A stretch of 63,257 nucleotides of DNA, filler included, from Perkinsus chesapeaki ATCC PRA-425 (GCA_013115145.1; 4 parts of 4 records of this genome joined end to end with filler, not necessarily neighbours in it), one strand, 5' to 3'; shown: positions 12,978-23,598, counted from the whole stretch's first letter. The notes: generated from the sequence alone by a model not told the origin. A program made the numbers and translations.

Positions 12978-14024
12978 ATGTTATTATTGAATACTTGTGG
13001 ACGCTGTATTAATAAATATCTTGGTTGTGGTGGTGTTAGATATTTATCTAGTAATATATCACCTCGTATACTTATTACTGGTACTAATGGTCAATTAGGA
13101 CCAGAAATAGCTTATGCATTACGTAAAAGGTTTGGTAATGATAATGTTATATGTACTTCAAGAACAATTGATCCTAAATCATTATGGGTTAGATCTGGAC
13201 CATTTGAACATTTAGATGTTGTTAACTCATCTGAGTTTATGAAAGTTGTTACTAATCATAATATAACACATTTAATACACTTTGCGGCTATGTTATCTGC
13301 ATTAAGTGAACGTAATCCTAAACAAGCTATTAATATTAATATGCGTGGTACCGAGAATGCATTAGAAATAGCATCACAACTTGGTTTGCAAATATTTATA
13401 CCATCAAGTATTGGTGCATTCGGTCCAACTACACCTAAATATAATACACCAGATATAACAATACAACAACCTAAATATATATATGGTATAAGTAAAGTAT
13501 ATGCTGAATTATTAGGTGATTGGTATTATAATAATAAAGGTGTTGATTTTAGATCATTACGTTATCCTGGTATTATTAGTTGGAAATCACCACCAGGTGG
13601 TGGTACTACTGATTGGGCTATTAAATCATATTTTGATGCTATTAAATATGGTTATTATGATAATTGTTTTGTTAATAATAATACTAAAATGCCAATGTTA
13701 TATATTAATGATGTTATTGATGGTACAATTAAATACTTATTTGATACTAAATCAGAATATCTTAAGTCAGGTAGAACATATAATATATCTGGATGTTCAT
13801 TTACACCAGATGAACAAAGTATTAGTATTAAAAAATATATTAATAATTATTATATTAAATGTATACCAGATTTTAGACAAAATATAGCAGATTCATGGCC
13901 CGCTACATTAGATGATAATAATGCTAAAAATGATTGGGGATGGTCACCTAAATATAATAATGTTGATACTATAACTAAAGATATGTTATATAATATAAAA
14001 CAACAGGAACAACAACAAGGGTAA
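12978..14024 (+). CDS. TDH: L-threonine 3-dehydrogenase (extended SDR type), mitochondrial-like presequence; intronless
   Basis: ILITGTNGQLG Rossmann motif, HFAAMLSA, PSSIGAFGP, YGISK (YxxxK), DFRSLRYPGIIS, PGGGTTD, IADSWP. Confidence 0.95.
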   Translation: MLLLNTCGRCINKYLGCGGVRYLSSNISPRILITGTNGQLGPEIAYALRKRFGNDNVICTSRTIDPKSLWVRSGPFEHLDVVNSSEFMKVVTNHNITHLIHFAAMLSALSERNPKQAININMRGTENALEIASQLGLQIFIPSSIGAFGPTTPKYNTPDITIQQPKYIYGISKVYAELLGDWYYNNKGVDFRSLRYPGIISWKSPPGGGTTDWAIKSYFDAIKYGYYDNCFVNNNTKMPMLYINDVIDGTIKYLFDTKSEYLKSGRTYNISGCSFTPDEQSISIKKYINNYYIKCIPDFRQNIADSWPATLDDNNAKNDWGWSPKYNNVDTITKDMLYNIKQQEQQQG

Positions 14025-14029
14025 CAATA

Positions 14030-14294
14030 GTATTATAATACTTGGTTTTATTGGTAATAGTAGTAATGTATTATAATACTTGGTTTTATTGGTAATAGTA
14101 GTAATGTATTATAATACTTGGTTTTACTGGTAATAGTAGTAATGTATTATAATACTTGGTTTTATTNNNNNNNNNNNNNNNNNNNNNNNNNNNNNNNNNN
14201 NNNNNNNNNNNNNNNNNNNNNNNNNNNNNNNNNNNNNNNNNNNNNNNNNNNNNNNNNNNNNNTACTGGTAATAGTAGTAATGTATTATAATACT
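14030..14294. repeat. 38-nt intergenic tandem repeat around an N-gap
   Basis: GTAATAGTAGTAATGTATTATAATACTTGGTTTTATTG units. Confidence 0.85.
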
Positions 14295-14417
14295 TACATA
14301 ATGTTAGACATTTTTATCAAATGAAGAGTTTATTATTAATATTAAATAGTTTTGTCTAGTTGTAGTGTTATTTTAATAATATATCTGTATTTAATAATAA
14401 TATATTTGTTCAATATT

Positions 14418-15013
14418 ATGGTTTCAACAGATAGTAAGTACAATGGTTTACACAATATTAAGTAAGCTGCTGTTGTTATTATTAAATATTGGTAATTATA
14501 GGTTTAGACCCCCTTTAATACGGGAGATAATAAGGAATATTATTAAAGATAAGATTGATGATACAGTTAATAAATATCCTATATATAATCATGATGGTAG
14601 TAATTATTATAGTACTTGATAATAATGGTATTAGTTTATGGTGAATTAAGTAAAGTATTATCTGAAGATATTAAGAATAGAGTGATAGCTGATATTAATA
14701 ATAATCAACAATCCCAACATTTACCACCACCACGTTATAAGATATTACTCGAGGTAGTAATAATAATAATAGTAATAATAATATTATTAATAGGTTATAA
14801 TAGGAGAATACCGTGGACAAGGTATAAGGATATCATCTAAATGTTTATGGGATAATAATATGGATAATATAGCCACAGATACATATATTAAGGTAATATA
14901 AGTAGGAATAGAGAGGAAGAAGAGGGTTATTATTATTATAATAGTGATATTATTATAATTATTAGGATAATGTCATGTGTATTGTTATTGTATATGGTAT
15001 ATATACATATTAG
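14418..15013 (+). CDS. Tctex1-domain dynein light chain (TCTEX1D2-like), about 5 exons
   Basis: Spliced reading FRPPLIREIIRNIIKDK...LSKVLSEDIKNRV...PRYKILLE|VIIGEYRGQGIRISSKCLWDNNMDNIATDTYIK|DNVMCIVIVYGIYTY*. Confidence 0.85.
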
Positions 15014-15092
15014 GAATACATAATGATATATTTACACAGATTATTATTGTTGTTTGGTTTAGTAATAATAATAATATAATATTATTATTAGT

Positions 15093-17130
15093 ATGATATT
15101 ATTGTTTAATAGTAGTTTATTACAGAGGAGTATTATCAATAATAGCAAGTATAATAAATATTGTCATAATATATTCATATATAGTAACATATATTCATAT
15201 AATAGATTATCAATAACACCAGTATCCCCCAATCCTCATCCTCATCATCATCATCGTCCTCCTCCTGATCATTATTATTCAACTATGACTACTACTACCA
15301 ACAGCAGCAGCAAGAAGGAGAAGGAGACGCTTGTGGTAGTGCATGATGATAATATGATACTACCAGATGGTATTAAGTTGAAAGATGATATTATTAATGC
15401 ATATCCTTTATTTAAAAATGATGTTATATCATATTTAAATGATATGCTAACAATAAAACAATTATCATTATCATCTGAATTAAAGGATAATATCATTGAC
15501 TATTATGCACAATGTTTGGATTATACAACTAAAGTAACAATAACAACAATAATAATAATGTACTTATTACTATTAGGATGGTAAATTAAATCGTGGTACC
15601 AGTTTAGTAGCAGCTTTTGATATATTAAATAATAATAATAATAATAATAATAATAGAGAAATAGCATTAAAGTTAGCGTGGTGTGTTGAAGTGTTACAGG
15701 TAGTAATAATTATAATGTGTGCTTCTTGTTGTTGTTTATTATTATTATTATTATTATCAGAGTCATTTCCTAACATTAGATGATGTTATGGATTCTTCTT
15801 TAACTCGTAGAGGTAAGCCATGTTGGTATTTATTATCTAATATTGGTATATCCAATGCTGTTAATGATGGGACATTCTTATATTCAATAATATATCCAAT
15901 AATAAGGAAAATATCTAATAATAAATCATGGTATTAATAATATAGAGTATTTGTTATTATTAATATAGGTTCATCGATGTTATTGATATATTTGCTGATG
16001 TTGAACAATATACGACTATAGGGCAACATTTAGATGTTAATGCTGGTATACATAATAAAAAAGAATATAATAAGGAGAAAGATAATACAAAAGACAACAG
16101 CAGTAAGAATGAAGAGGAGGAGGGTGAAATACAAAGGTAGTATTATTATTATTTATGATTATTATGTTATCTATTATTATATTGATTATTATGTTATCTA
16201 TTATTATATTGATTATTATGTTATCTATTATTATATTGATTATTATGTTATCTATTANNNNNNNNNNNNNNNNNNNNNNNNNNNNNNNNNNNNNNNNNNN
16301 NNNNNNNNNNNNNNNNNNNNNNNNNNNNNNNNNNNNNNNNNNNNNNNNNNNNNATTATTATATTGATTATTATTATTATTCTTTAGATTCAATACTATTG
16401 CATTGTATAAAACTTCATTTTATACATATTATTTACCAGCATCAGTTGGTGTCTTAGTAAGTGAGGATGAAGATGCTAAATCATATTTACCAATAATAAA
16501 AGATGTAATAATGTAGATAATAATAATGAAGTTGTTGTTGTTGTTGGAATAGATCAATGATATTATTATTAGGTATGTATAAGATTAGGGGTTTATTTTC
16601 AAGCACAAGATGATTATTTGGATTGTTATGCTACACCTGAAGTACTCGGAAAAGTAATGTTAATATTCAATCCTTGGTAGTAGTTATTGTTATTATAATA
16701 ATTAGATTGGCACCGATATAGAAGAATGTAAAGCATCATGGCTATATTGTACAGCGATTGATGTCCTTAATAATAATAATAATCAAGTAATAATTATTAT
16801 TAATAATGTTATAATATTATTATATTATTATCATAATAATAATAAGGTACTACTTGATGAATTGGTTGAAATATATAAAAAGGTTGATAAAACAGCTGAT
16901 GATGTCGCGAAGGTCAAGGATATGTATAAAAATGAACCATTAAATATGGAGAGACGTTTTAAAGAATATGAAGATAAATCTAAAAAAGAAATAGATGATA
17001 TAATATCTAATGTAATAATAATATATAATATAGTTGTATTATACACTATTATTAATAATAGATACCACATAATGGAGTCAAAGCATTATTAAATTATATG
17101 CTAAGTAAGACATATAAAAGGCGCATGTAG
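15093..17130 (+). CDS. FPPS: Farnesyl diphosphate synthase (multi-exon) with N-terminal extension
   Basis: [15 protein letters not shown]|[23 protein letters not shown] (first DDxxD), [34 protein letters not shown] (second motif), GK|[14 protein letters not shown]-terminal KTYKRRM*. Confidence 0.95.
16150..16370. repeat. 27-nt intronic tandem repeat in FPPS around an N-gap
   Basis: GATTATTATGTTATCTATTATTATATT units. Confidence 0.85.
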
Positions 17131-17139
17131 ATGGTAATG

Positions 17140-20100
17140 ATGATTATGGTATTAATAGACTCTTAGTACCATGATAATAATAATAATAGTCATCATAAGC
17201 ATTATAGTTAATAATAGTGTGTTAATGATAATAATGATTATATTTCCACTGAACTACTTAATACTTTACCACTTAATACTATTAGTATTGTGTTGATTAT
17301 ACTATTGTTGTTAATATTATTATTAGTAGTATGACAATATCATCATCATCATCTTTACAAAGAGCCAACGATGTTCATATACCATTGCAACATACTAGAT
17401 TAAATAGGATTAGTGAAATAGAAGATAATTATGATGGTAATGATAAGGTGGTTATGATAGGGTTGATGAAGATAATGTAGATAATAGAGATATAATAGAA
17501 GATAACAAGAAAAGTAGGGGAAACAGTATTACACAACAAGAGAGTCGAAGAGCCGCCGGCGGCGGCGACGGTAGCAGCAGTAGCAGTGGCAGAACAACAG
17601 CATCAGCAGGGTCGACATGGTTATTCGCCTCCGATCCATCTGTAACTAGAATATATACACATAATAATATACAACAGGGACAGGGACAGGGATCATCACC
17701 AAATAATATATAGTATTATTATAATAATGGATGATATTATATTAATATTCAGTAGTTATAATAATAGTACATCAACATTAATTAATGATAAAAGAATAAT
17801 AGGAAGGAATATGGATGATATTCATTATTATACAAGACGAAGGCAGCATCAGCATCAGCAGCATACACCATTAATAATGCAAGGTAGCAGTTAATAGTAT
17901 TGGATAATAATAATTAAACTAGTAGATAGTAATATATTACTGCTTGTTTTTGCTGTTCATCATTGCTGCTGTCATTCTTAGTCTTGTTGTGTAGATAATC
18001 ATAAGGATATAAGGATAGAGGATATAGATTATGATGATGAAAATGGTATGATAGAATCGAGTGAAATAGAACAACAAGAACAATTATCATCATCATATAA
18101 TAAAAAAGATGATATTATTAAATTATTGAGTGATATAATAAATGATTTAATGAATAATAATATAATAACACAGTACGAGGTAGTAATAGTAATAATAATA
18201 TACGATAGAGCAGCAGCAGCAGAAGCAGCAGCAGTACTATTTGTCTTATTATTATTAAGGCTGTTAATATGATACATATAATAATACCAACATATTATAA
18301 TAATACTAATGGAAAGGCGATAGGAGAATGTGATATGAGATTGATGAGTGATAATTCATCATTTAAATGTTTATGTGACGGATTATTATCAATAAATAAT
18401 AAAGATGATAATGTTAATGTAATATTATTATTATTATTATTCTTCTCAACACCACCGCTACTACCGTCAGGTGGTGAGATCGTATCGTTATCGCCGTAAA
18501 AATTATTTATTAAATTGGTTATCATTAATACCAATTGGTGCTTTATATATAATAGATAATATTATAATGGATTTATATGATAAAGGTGATAATAATAATA
18601 ACAATAAGAATAATAATAATAATTAAAGGGATATTGAGTATCAAGGAGGAAGAGGAATTTAATAATATCATATTAATATTATATGATAATATAACTAATT
18701 CATCATCATCATCAACAGCAGCAGTAGTTGAACATCATATTAAATATACTGCACAACGTTTGATACAACTAGTAGAAGAAGAAAAAGAAGGAGAATCATC
18801 ATCCTCATCAAGCAGTAGCAGCAGTAGATCAAATGATGTGAATGATGTTAATGGAGTAATAACATTATTATGGTACGATGTTGTTATTAGTATTATAAAA
18901 CTTACAGGCATATATGTTATCATTATTAAAAAGAAGATTAAATATATGTATGATAATAATAATACAAGGAGGAAATAATAATAGATTAGACTCTCCTATT
19001 ATCAGTAATAGATATTATGAAGTAGCAGCTAATAATAAAAGAAATGGTATAATTGATGATAATATGTTATTATTACCATCACCAACACCGCCATTACCAT
19101 CTAAAGATGAGTAAATACTTTAATATTATATAAGGGATATAGTAGATATTATTAGGTATTCATCAGCAACAATGAGATTGATACAACACAGACGACAACA
19201 ACAACAGGAAGAAGAAGAAGAGCCTAATGTATTAGCATCACCGATGGGGAATGTATTAGCATCACCGATGGGGAATGTATTAGCATCACCGATGGGGAAT
19301 GTATTAGCATCACCAGTAATTACTATTATTGATATCATAATAAGGATTGAGTGTTAGAATAATTCACCAACATCATCATCGACAACATCATCATTATTAT
19401 TATCTAATAATAATACATCGTTATCACATAATAGGTAGTAATAATAATAATATGTCATAATAATAATTATAAGGGATAAACTAATAACAAATAATACACA
19501 ACATCAACATCAACATCAACAAGCAGTAGTGGTACGTGTACCAACGGCAAGAAGGTGGTAAATATAAGGTGGATGATGGTGGATATACATATTTAATCAG
19601 ACCTAGCACTAAAAACAATGGTATAGGTTTAGGATTTATAAATAAAGGACCTTCACCATCACCAACACCGCCGCCGCCATTACCAATTACTGAATCAACT
19701 AGTAGAGAAGATAATAATAATAGCTATTATAATAGACAATCATCACCCGCACCATTTGTTGAATTGTAATAATAATAAATGTGATTATACTTTTAATTAT
19801 CATTCAGATCATATTTAATGAATAATGGATGTGGTAGATGTGGATCACCAATACCATCACCAGGTCCAGTGCAAACACCTAGTTTAGTATGTCATAATAA
19901 TAATAATAACAATCATCATCATTATCATCATCCATCAGTAATAATAATAATGAGTTTTTAAATACTATCATTAATAATAGCCAATACCACAACAATATTA
20001 TGAAGGCGTTGGTCTTGGTTTTATGGATTATAATAATGATAATGTTATTAAATATAAGGATAATGAAATAACATCGATTGATTACATCAACAACAACAAT

Positions 20101-20250
20101 GATGATAATAATAAAGTAGGAACAATACGAATAGGAAGAGTGTATCGGTTAAATAATAGGGAGGACATCTAATAGAAGGAACAGAAGCGAAAATGCAGGG
20201 AATTAAAGGCAAGTTATCAACAACAACAACAGATGATGCTGATGATGATG
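17140..20250 (+). CDS. Large low-complexity multi-exon hypothetical protein (boundaries uncertain)
   Basis: Exon-like open segments with poly-S/Q/E and Pro-rich stretches separated by GTAAT..AG introns. No domain recognised. Confidence 0.35.
19226..19314 (+). repeat. 24-nt coding tandem repeat (NVLASPMG) x about 4
   Basis: AATGTATTAGCATCACCGATGGGG units. Confidence 0.9.
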
Positions 20251-20595
20251 CATTAATTAATAATCAACAACATGAATCAACCACCTGAATATAATTTTGT
20301 TATTGTGTTGTTATTCGTAATATCAATTCGTCATAAATACAATATGGATGTATATATCGACCTTTACACGACCAATGCCAATGAAAACACGAAGATACCA
20401 CCCGTCTGCTGCCAATTGTTACAAAACAACAGTTGCTTTATTCATTATTGCCGGATTACGGTCCTTCTCTTATTATGAGTTGATTTATCGATTAACTATT
20501 TAATAACACAAGATTAGATATTATTAAAATTAATGAAAGCTTGTATTTTGAGTGCAATTACTCAATAATAGTATATCATAGTTGTTAATGATAAT

Positions 20596-20857
20596 CTACT
20601 TAGATGATGATTTAGATTCTTGTTTATTTTGTTCTTCTTCTGAATCATAATTCGGATCACCTTTATCCAAAGCAGCATCAGCTGGTGGATCAGTAGGCTT
20701 ACCCCAAGTATATTTACCACCACCTAAATAATAATATTATATATAATTAATAACCAACCTTACCTCCTTGTTTCTTCTGAGCAGCATCAGCATTAACAGA
20801 AGAATTAGGATTGCCGCTGTGGCGTTCCTTTCTAGCATCAGATTCACCGTATCCCAT
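20596..20857 (-). CDS. 73-aa protein with PDCD4-N-terminus-like KKxGGGGKxTWG...DPNYDS motif (2 exons)
   Basis: Exon 1 20857-20764, 40-nt GT-AG intron 20763-20724, exon 2 20723-20596. MGYGESDARKERHSGNPNSSVNADAAQKKQGGGGKYTWGKPTDPPADAALDKGDPNYDSEEEQNKQESKSSSK*. Confidence 0.75.
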
Positions 20858-21090
20858 TATTAACTTATAAAAGCTTATCAATAAAACTAATAAGAGAGCA
20901 GCATATAATAATATCTAAGATACATAACGAATCTTAAGGCTTTACCAACATGAAAGATAGCGTAGCGTTAAGTAGCGACACTTGAAATCTTACACATTCC
21001 TTAACGAATGAAACAACATGTGAGGGTGTGATGTTGTCGGACGGAGCGAAGCGGGACAGCGTTCGCACAATTGTGTCAAAGATACTCTTT

Positions 21091-21190
21091 NNNNNNNNNN
21101 NNNNNNNNNNNNNNNNNNNNNNNNNNNNNNNNNNTTAATTAATTAANNNNNNNNNNNNNNNNNNNNNNNNNNNNNNNNNNNNNNNNNNNN
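21091..21190. other. Artificial scaffold linker (44N-TTAATTAATTAA-44N)
   Basis: Six-frame stop spacer, identical at three places. Confidence 0.97.
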
Positions 21191-22817
21191 TAGGAAGATA
21201 TTTGGTCAGCAGTGCCGATGGTGGCAACAGTTGGGCATATTATGTACCTAAGGAACGATGGGCGTTTAGGTGCCTAATGTTACGTAGTGCGCACAGGAAG
21301 CTGCGACATGCAAGTCGGAACGCCACAGTAGAGAGAGCCATTGAATTTGGATTCTTTGCGCCATCTCTACGAAGGCTGGCAAACGATGTGCTGGCAGTAT
21401 GCGTCACATGCCAACTGAAGAACGCCAAGCGAGAATGGAGAATTCTGCCCGGGATCGCAGGAACGGGAGTCTCTGATTTATCGCCACAAAGTTTGCTGAA
21501 GAATGGCAAGGAACCGTTTTATGCGGTATCGGTGGACGCTATTACTTTGGGGTCAGGCCTTCTCTATTTATCGGTGGTCTGCCTAATGACATACAGTGTG
21601 GTTGGGGTGGCAATACCTGACCAGACGTCATCAAGTATCGCAGCGGCCATCAGACGAGCTCAGAGGAGAGAAGGGGGCTTCGCTGTAATAGTGGCCGATA
21701 ATGCGATCGCGAGAGATTCAGTGGCGAGAGATTCAGTGGCGAGAGATCCTGAGATAGCTGGATGGAATATCAAGTTTATACCAGCAAATCCAAGAGCACC
21801 ATGGACGACAGCAGCTGAGACTCATCATCGCAGCGCGGTTCGAGTCGCACGGATTATTCTGAGAAAGTATAGAGTATCCGATTGGAATCATGAAACGATG
21901 GCGACATTAAAGCAGGAGCTGGCTGATGAGATAACTTGGACGCTGAACAGGACGCCACTATCGTCGGCGGACATTAATGACCAAGGATATATCAGAGCTC
22001 TGACTCCGGATGATTTGAGGTATGGTTACATCCGCAGAGAGGGAGGCGGAGCTACGCTGATGGATAATGAGGTATCCTCTGAGGTAAGCAAATCCGAAGG
22101 TAAGTGGCTGAGGCGGCGGGAAGCAAATCTCCGGCGATTTTTGAACGATTTTTGGCCAGAGAAGCGCCGCAAAGTATTAGCATCATTGGGGCGAACGGAA
22201 TCAGTGAAGAAGGATTTTACTTTTCGAGTTGGAGATCCGGTGATGATTTATCAGCCGAGTCGGAAACATGATATGCTTTGGCGGACGGGCTGGATAGTGC
22301 AGTGTATTAGCACACGACGCTATCGAGTGCGTATCGTTGGAGGTAGAGGTGAGCGCATTACAGAGGAGAACCACTACAATTTATGCCCCCTGGAAATGCG
22401 ACGAGATTATGATGATATGCCACTTCCTGATAGAGCTGGAATGAGGATAAGATGCAGACTAACGCACGAAGATGGATCGCTACAGCATCACTGGGGTACC
22501 ATAGTTAAAGATTTGGCAGAGAAGGTACTCGTTTGCTGGGATGTATCGGATCCAGGACAGAGCGCGTTTGAGATGTTGAAGTTGGAAGAAGAAGACTGGG
22601 ACTTTGGTGATTCAGAAGTCGACACTTCCGAGAGGGAGGCGTGTCGCGGCACCGAATGAATCTATCATTTGGTGGCGAGCGCGAATCTAATCTTCCGGAT
22701 GCGGCATGAAGATATCTTGAAGATTGTATATGATTGATGTATTGACGATTGTGTTTCATTGTCGTAGTTCATTGGTAATGAACCGCATGCCGTGTAAACC
22801 GTAGCCTATTTGGCTCA
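21191..22817 (+). mobile_element. 3' part of a BEL/Pao-like LTR retrotransposon (integrase, putative PPT and putative 176-bp 3' LTR)
   Basis: Integrase ORF runs off the contig start. Purine tract GAGAGGGAGG at 22630-22639, then TG at 22642 and a CA at 22816-22817 next to the junction with host coding sequence. The 5' LTR is not in the window. Confidence 0.7.
21202..22659 (+). CDS. Retrotransposon pol C-terminus: H2C2 zinc finger + rve integrase + DUF5641-like + Tudor-like domain (5'-partial)
   Basis: HRKLRH...CVTC; VSVD...ADN...AETHH (D,D,E); BEL-type KFIP..APW, LNRTPL...LTP, FWPE..., GDPV...W.TGWI...LCPLE. Confidence 0.9.
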   Translation: MVSSADGGNSWAYYVPKERWAFRCLMLRSAHRKLRHASRNATVERAIEFGFFAPSLRRLANDVLAVCVTCQLKNAKREWRILPGIAGTGVSDLSPQSLLKNGKEPFYAVSVDAITLGSGLLYLSVVCLMTYSVVGVAIPDQTSSSIAAAIRRAQRREGGFAVIVADNAIARDSVARDSVARDPEIAGWNIKFIPANPRAPWTTAAETHHRSAVRVARIILRKYRVSDWNHETMATLKQELADEITWTLNRTPLSSADINDQGYIRALTPDDLRYGYIRREGGGATLMDNEVSSEVSKSEGKWLRRREANLRRFLNDFWPEKRRKVLASLGRTESVKKDFTFRVGDPVMIYQPSRKHDMLWRTGWIVQCISTRRYRVRIVGGRGERITEENHYNLCPLEMRRDYDDMPLPDRAGMRIRCRLTHEDGSLQHHWGTIVKDLAEKVLVCWDVSDPGQSAFEMLKLEEEDWDFGDSEVDTSEREACRGTE

Positions 22818-22819
22818 AG
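22798..22819 (+). other. Spliced-leader-like 22-mer ACCGTAGCCTATTTGGCTCAAG
   Basis: 20/22 identical to the dinoflagellate SL (DCCGTAGCCATTTTGGCTCAAG) and 19/22 to the P. marinus long SL as recalled (ACCGTAGCCATCTTGGCTCAAG). Followed by GG rather than GT, so not a canonical SL RNA gene. Confidence 0.85.
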
Positions 22820-22820
22820 G

Positions 22821-23598
22821 GACTTGTATTTTTTGCTCCACATCATGTCTAGTCGCGTTGGAGAACAGCTTGAGGATACAAAGACGGCCGAACACGACAC
22901 AGGGATTCCACGACGAAGATAACGAAAGAAAACTTCATCTCTCTTATTGATACCAATCGGATATTACGTGTCATGGAATGCTGCTTGACAAAGCTGGCTA
23001 CTTCGAAAACACACCAGAGGCGTTTGAAATAGTCACTTGACCAAAGTACAAGGAGCTCATTGGAACGGGCAAGATATGAACTGAGACCCCATATACCACG
23101 AAGCTTTGATACTTGATCAGTCTGGCATATACAACATTTATCAAGAAATACCATACTATCAATATAACCCGGCAATCGACATCCATAGAATAACGATAAT
23201 AGAAATGATAGAAGGGATGTTAGATACGCTATTAAAAAAGATAGGCTACTCGATAGTGTAGTGGACAGGCACGTTATAATGAATAATAGTGCGGAGTTCG
23301 CCACAATGTACGCCAGTCCTTTGTATTGAGCCATTGCCAATGCGATGTGCTTGAGAGTTGGATTGGCAGACCAAGAGTGGCTAACAAACGAATCCAACTG
23401 TCTGACCGGCCTTGAAAGGGCATATGTATCATCTGCGCCAACTGAATCTTTTAGAATATGCCTTTGATGGACAATCGTACTCAAAGGAACACCCCGAAGA
23501 AGTGACAGTGAGCCCGACGCATCCATAATCCTGTCTATTACATCCTTACGGCAAAGGACTTCTATCATTTCAATTTCGTCGACCACTTCTTCATTCAT
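22821..23598 (-). pseudogene. Truncated/chimeric HET/TIR-like membrane gene copy interrupted by the retrotransposon
   Basis: 22922-23631 is near-identical to 24782-25491. It continues into diverged paralog-like sequence (1-nt frameshift; VFGRLCILKLFSNATRHDVEQKIQ) up to the element end. Confidence 0.75.

Noticed and set aside
1-21090. AT-rich scaffold as mitochondrial DNA with programmed frameshifts
   Set aside because: It carries typical nuclear genes with spliceosomal introns, and no cox/cob or rRNA fragments were seen.
21091-21190. Palindromic TTAATTAATTAA flanked by Ns, three times
   Set aside because: Identical 44N-12-44N geometry and stops in all six frames mark an artificial linker. 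No synteny should be inferred across it.
22798-22840. Functional SL RNA gene
   Set aside because: No GT donor after AAG. The T-rich stretch that follows is antisense coding sequence rather than an Sm site.
22845-22922. ATG 25 nt after the SL (MSSRVGEQLEDTK...), suggesting an SL-capped retrogene
   Set aside because: The ORF is only 25 codons, and its antisense strand aligns to the HET/TIR-like paralogs, so it is most simply host coding DNA read backwards.
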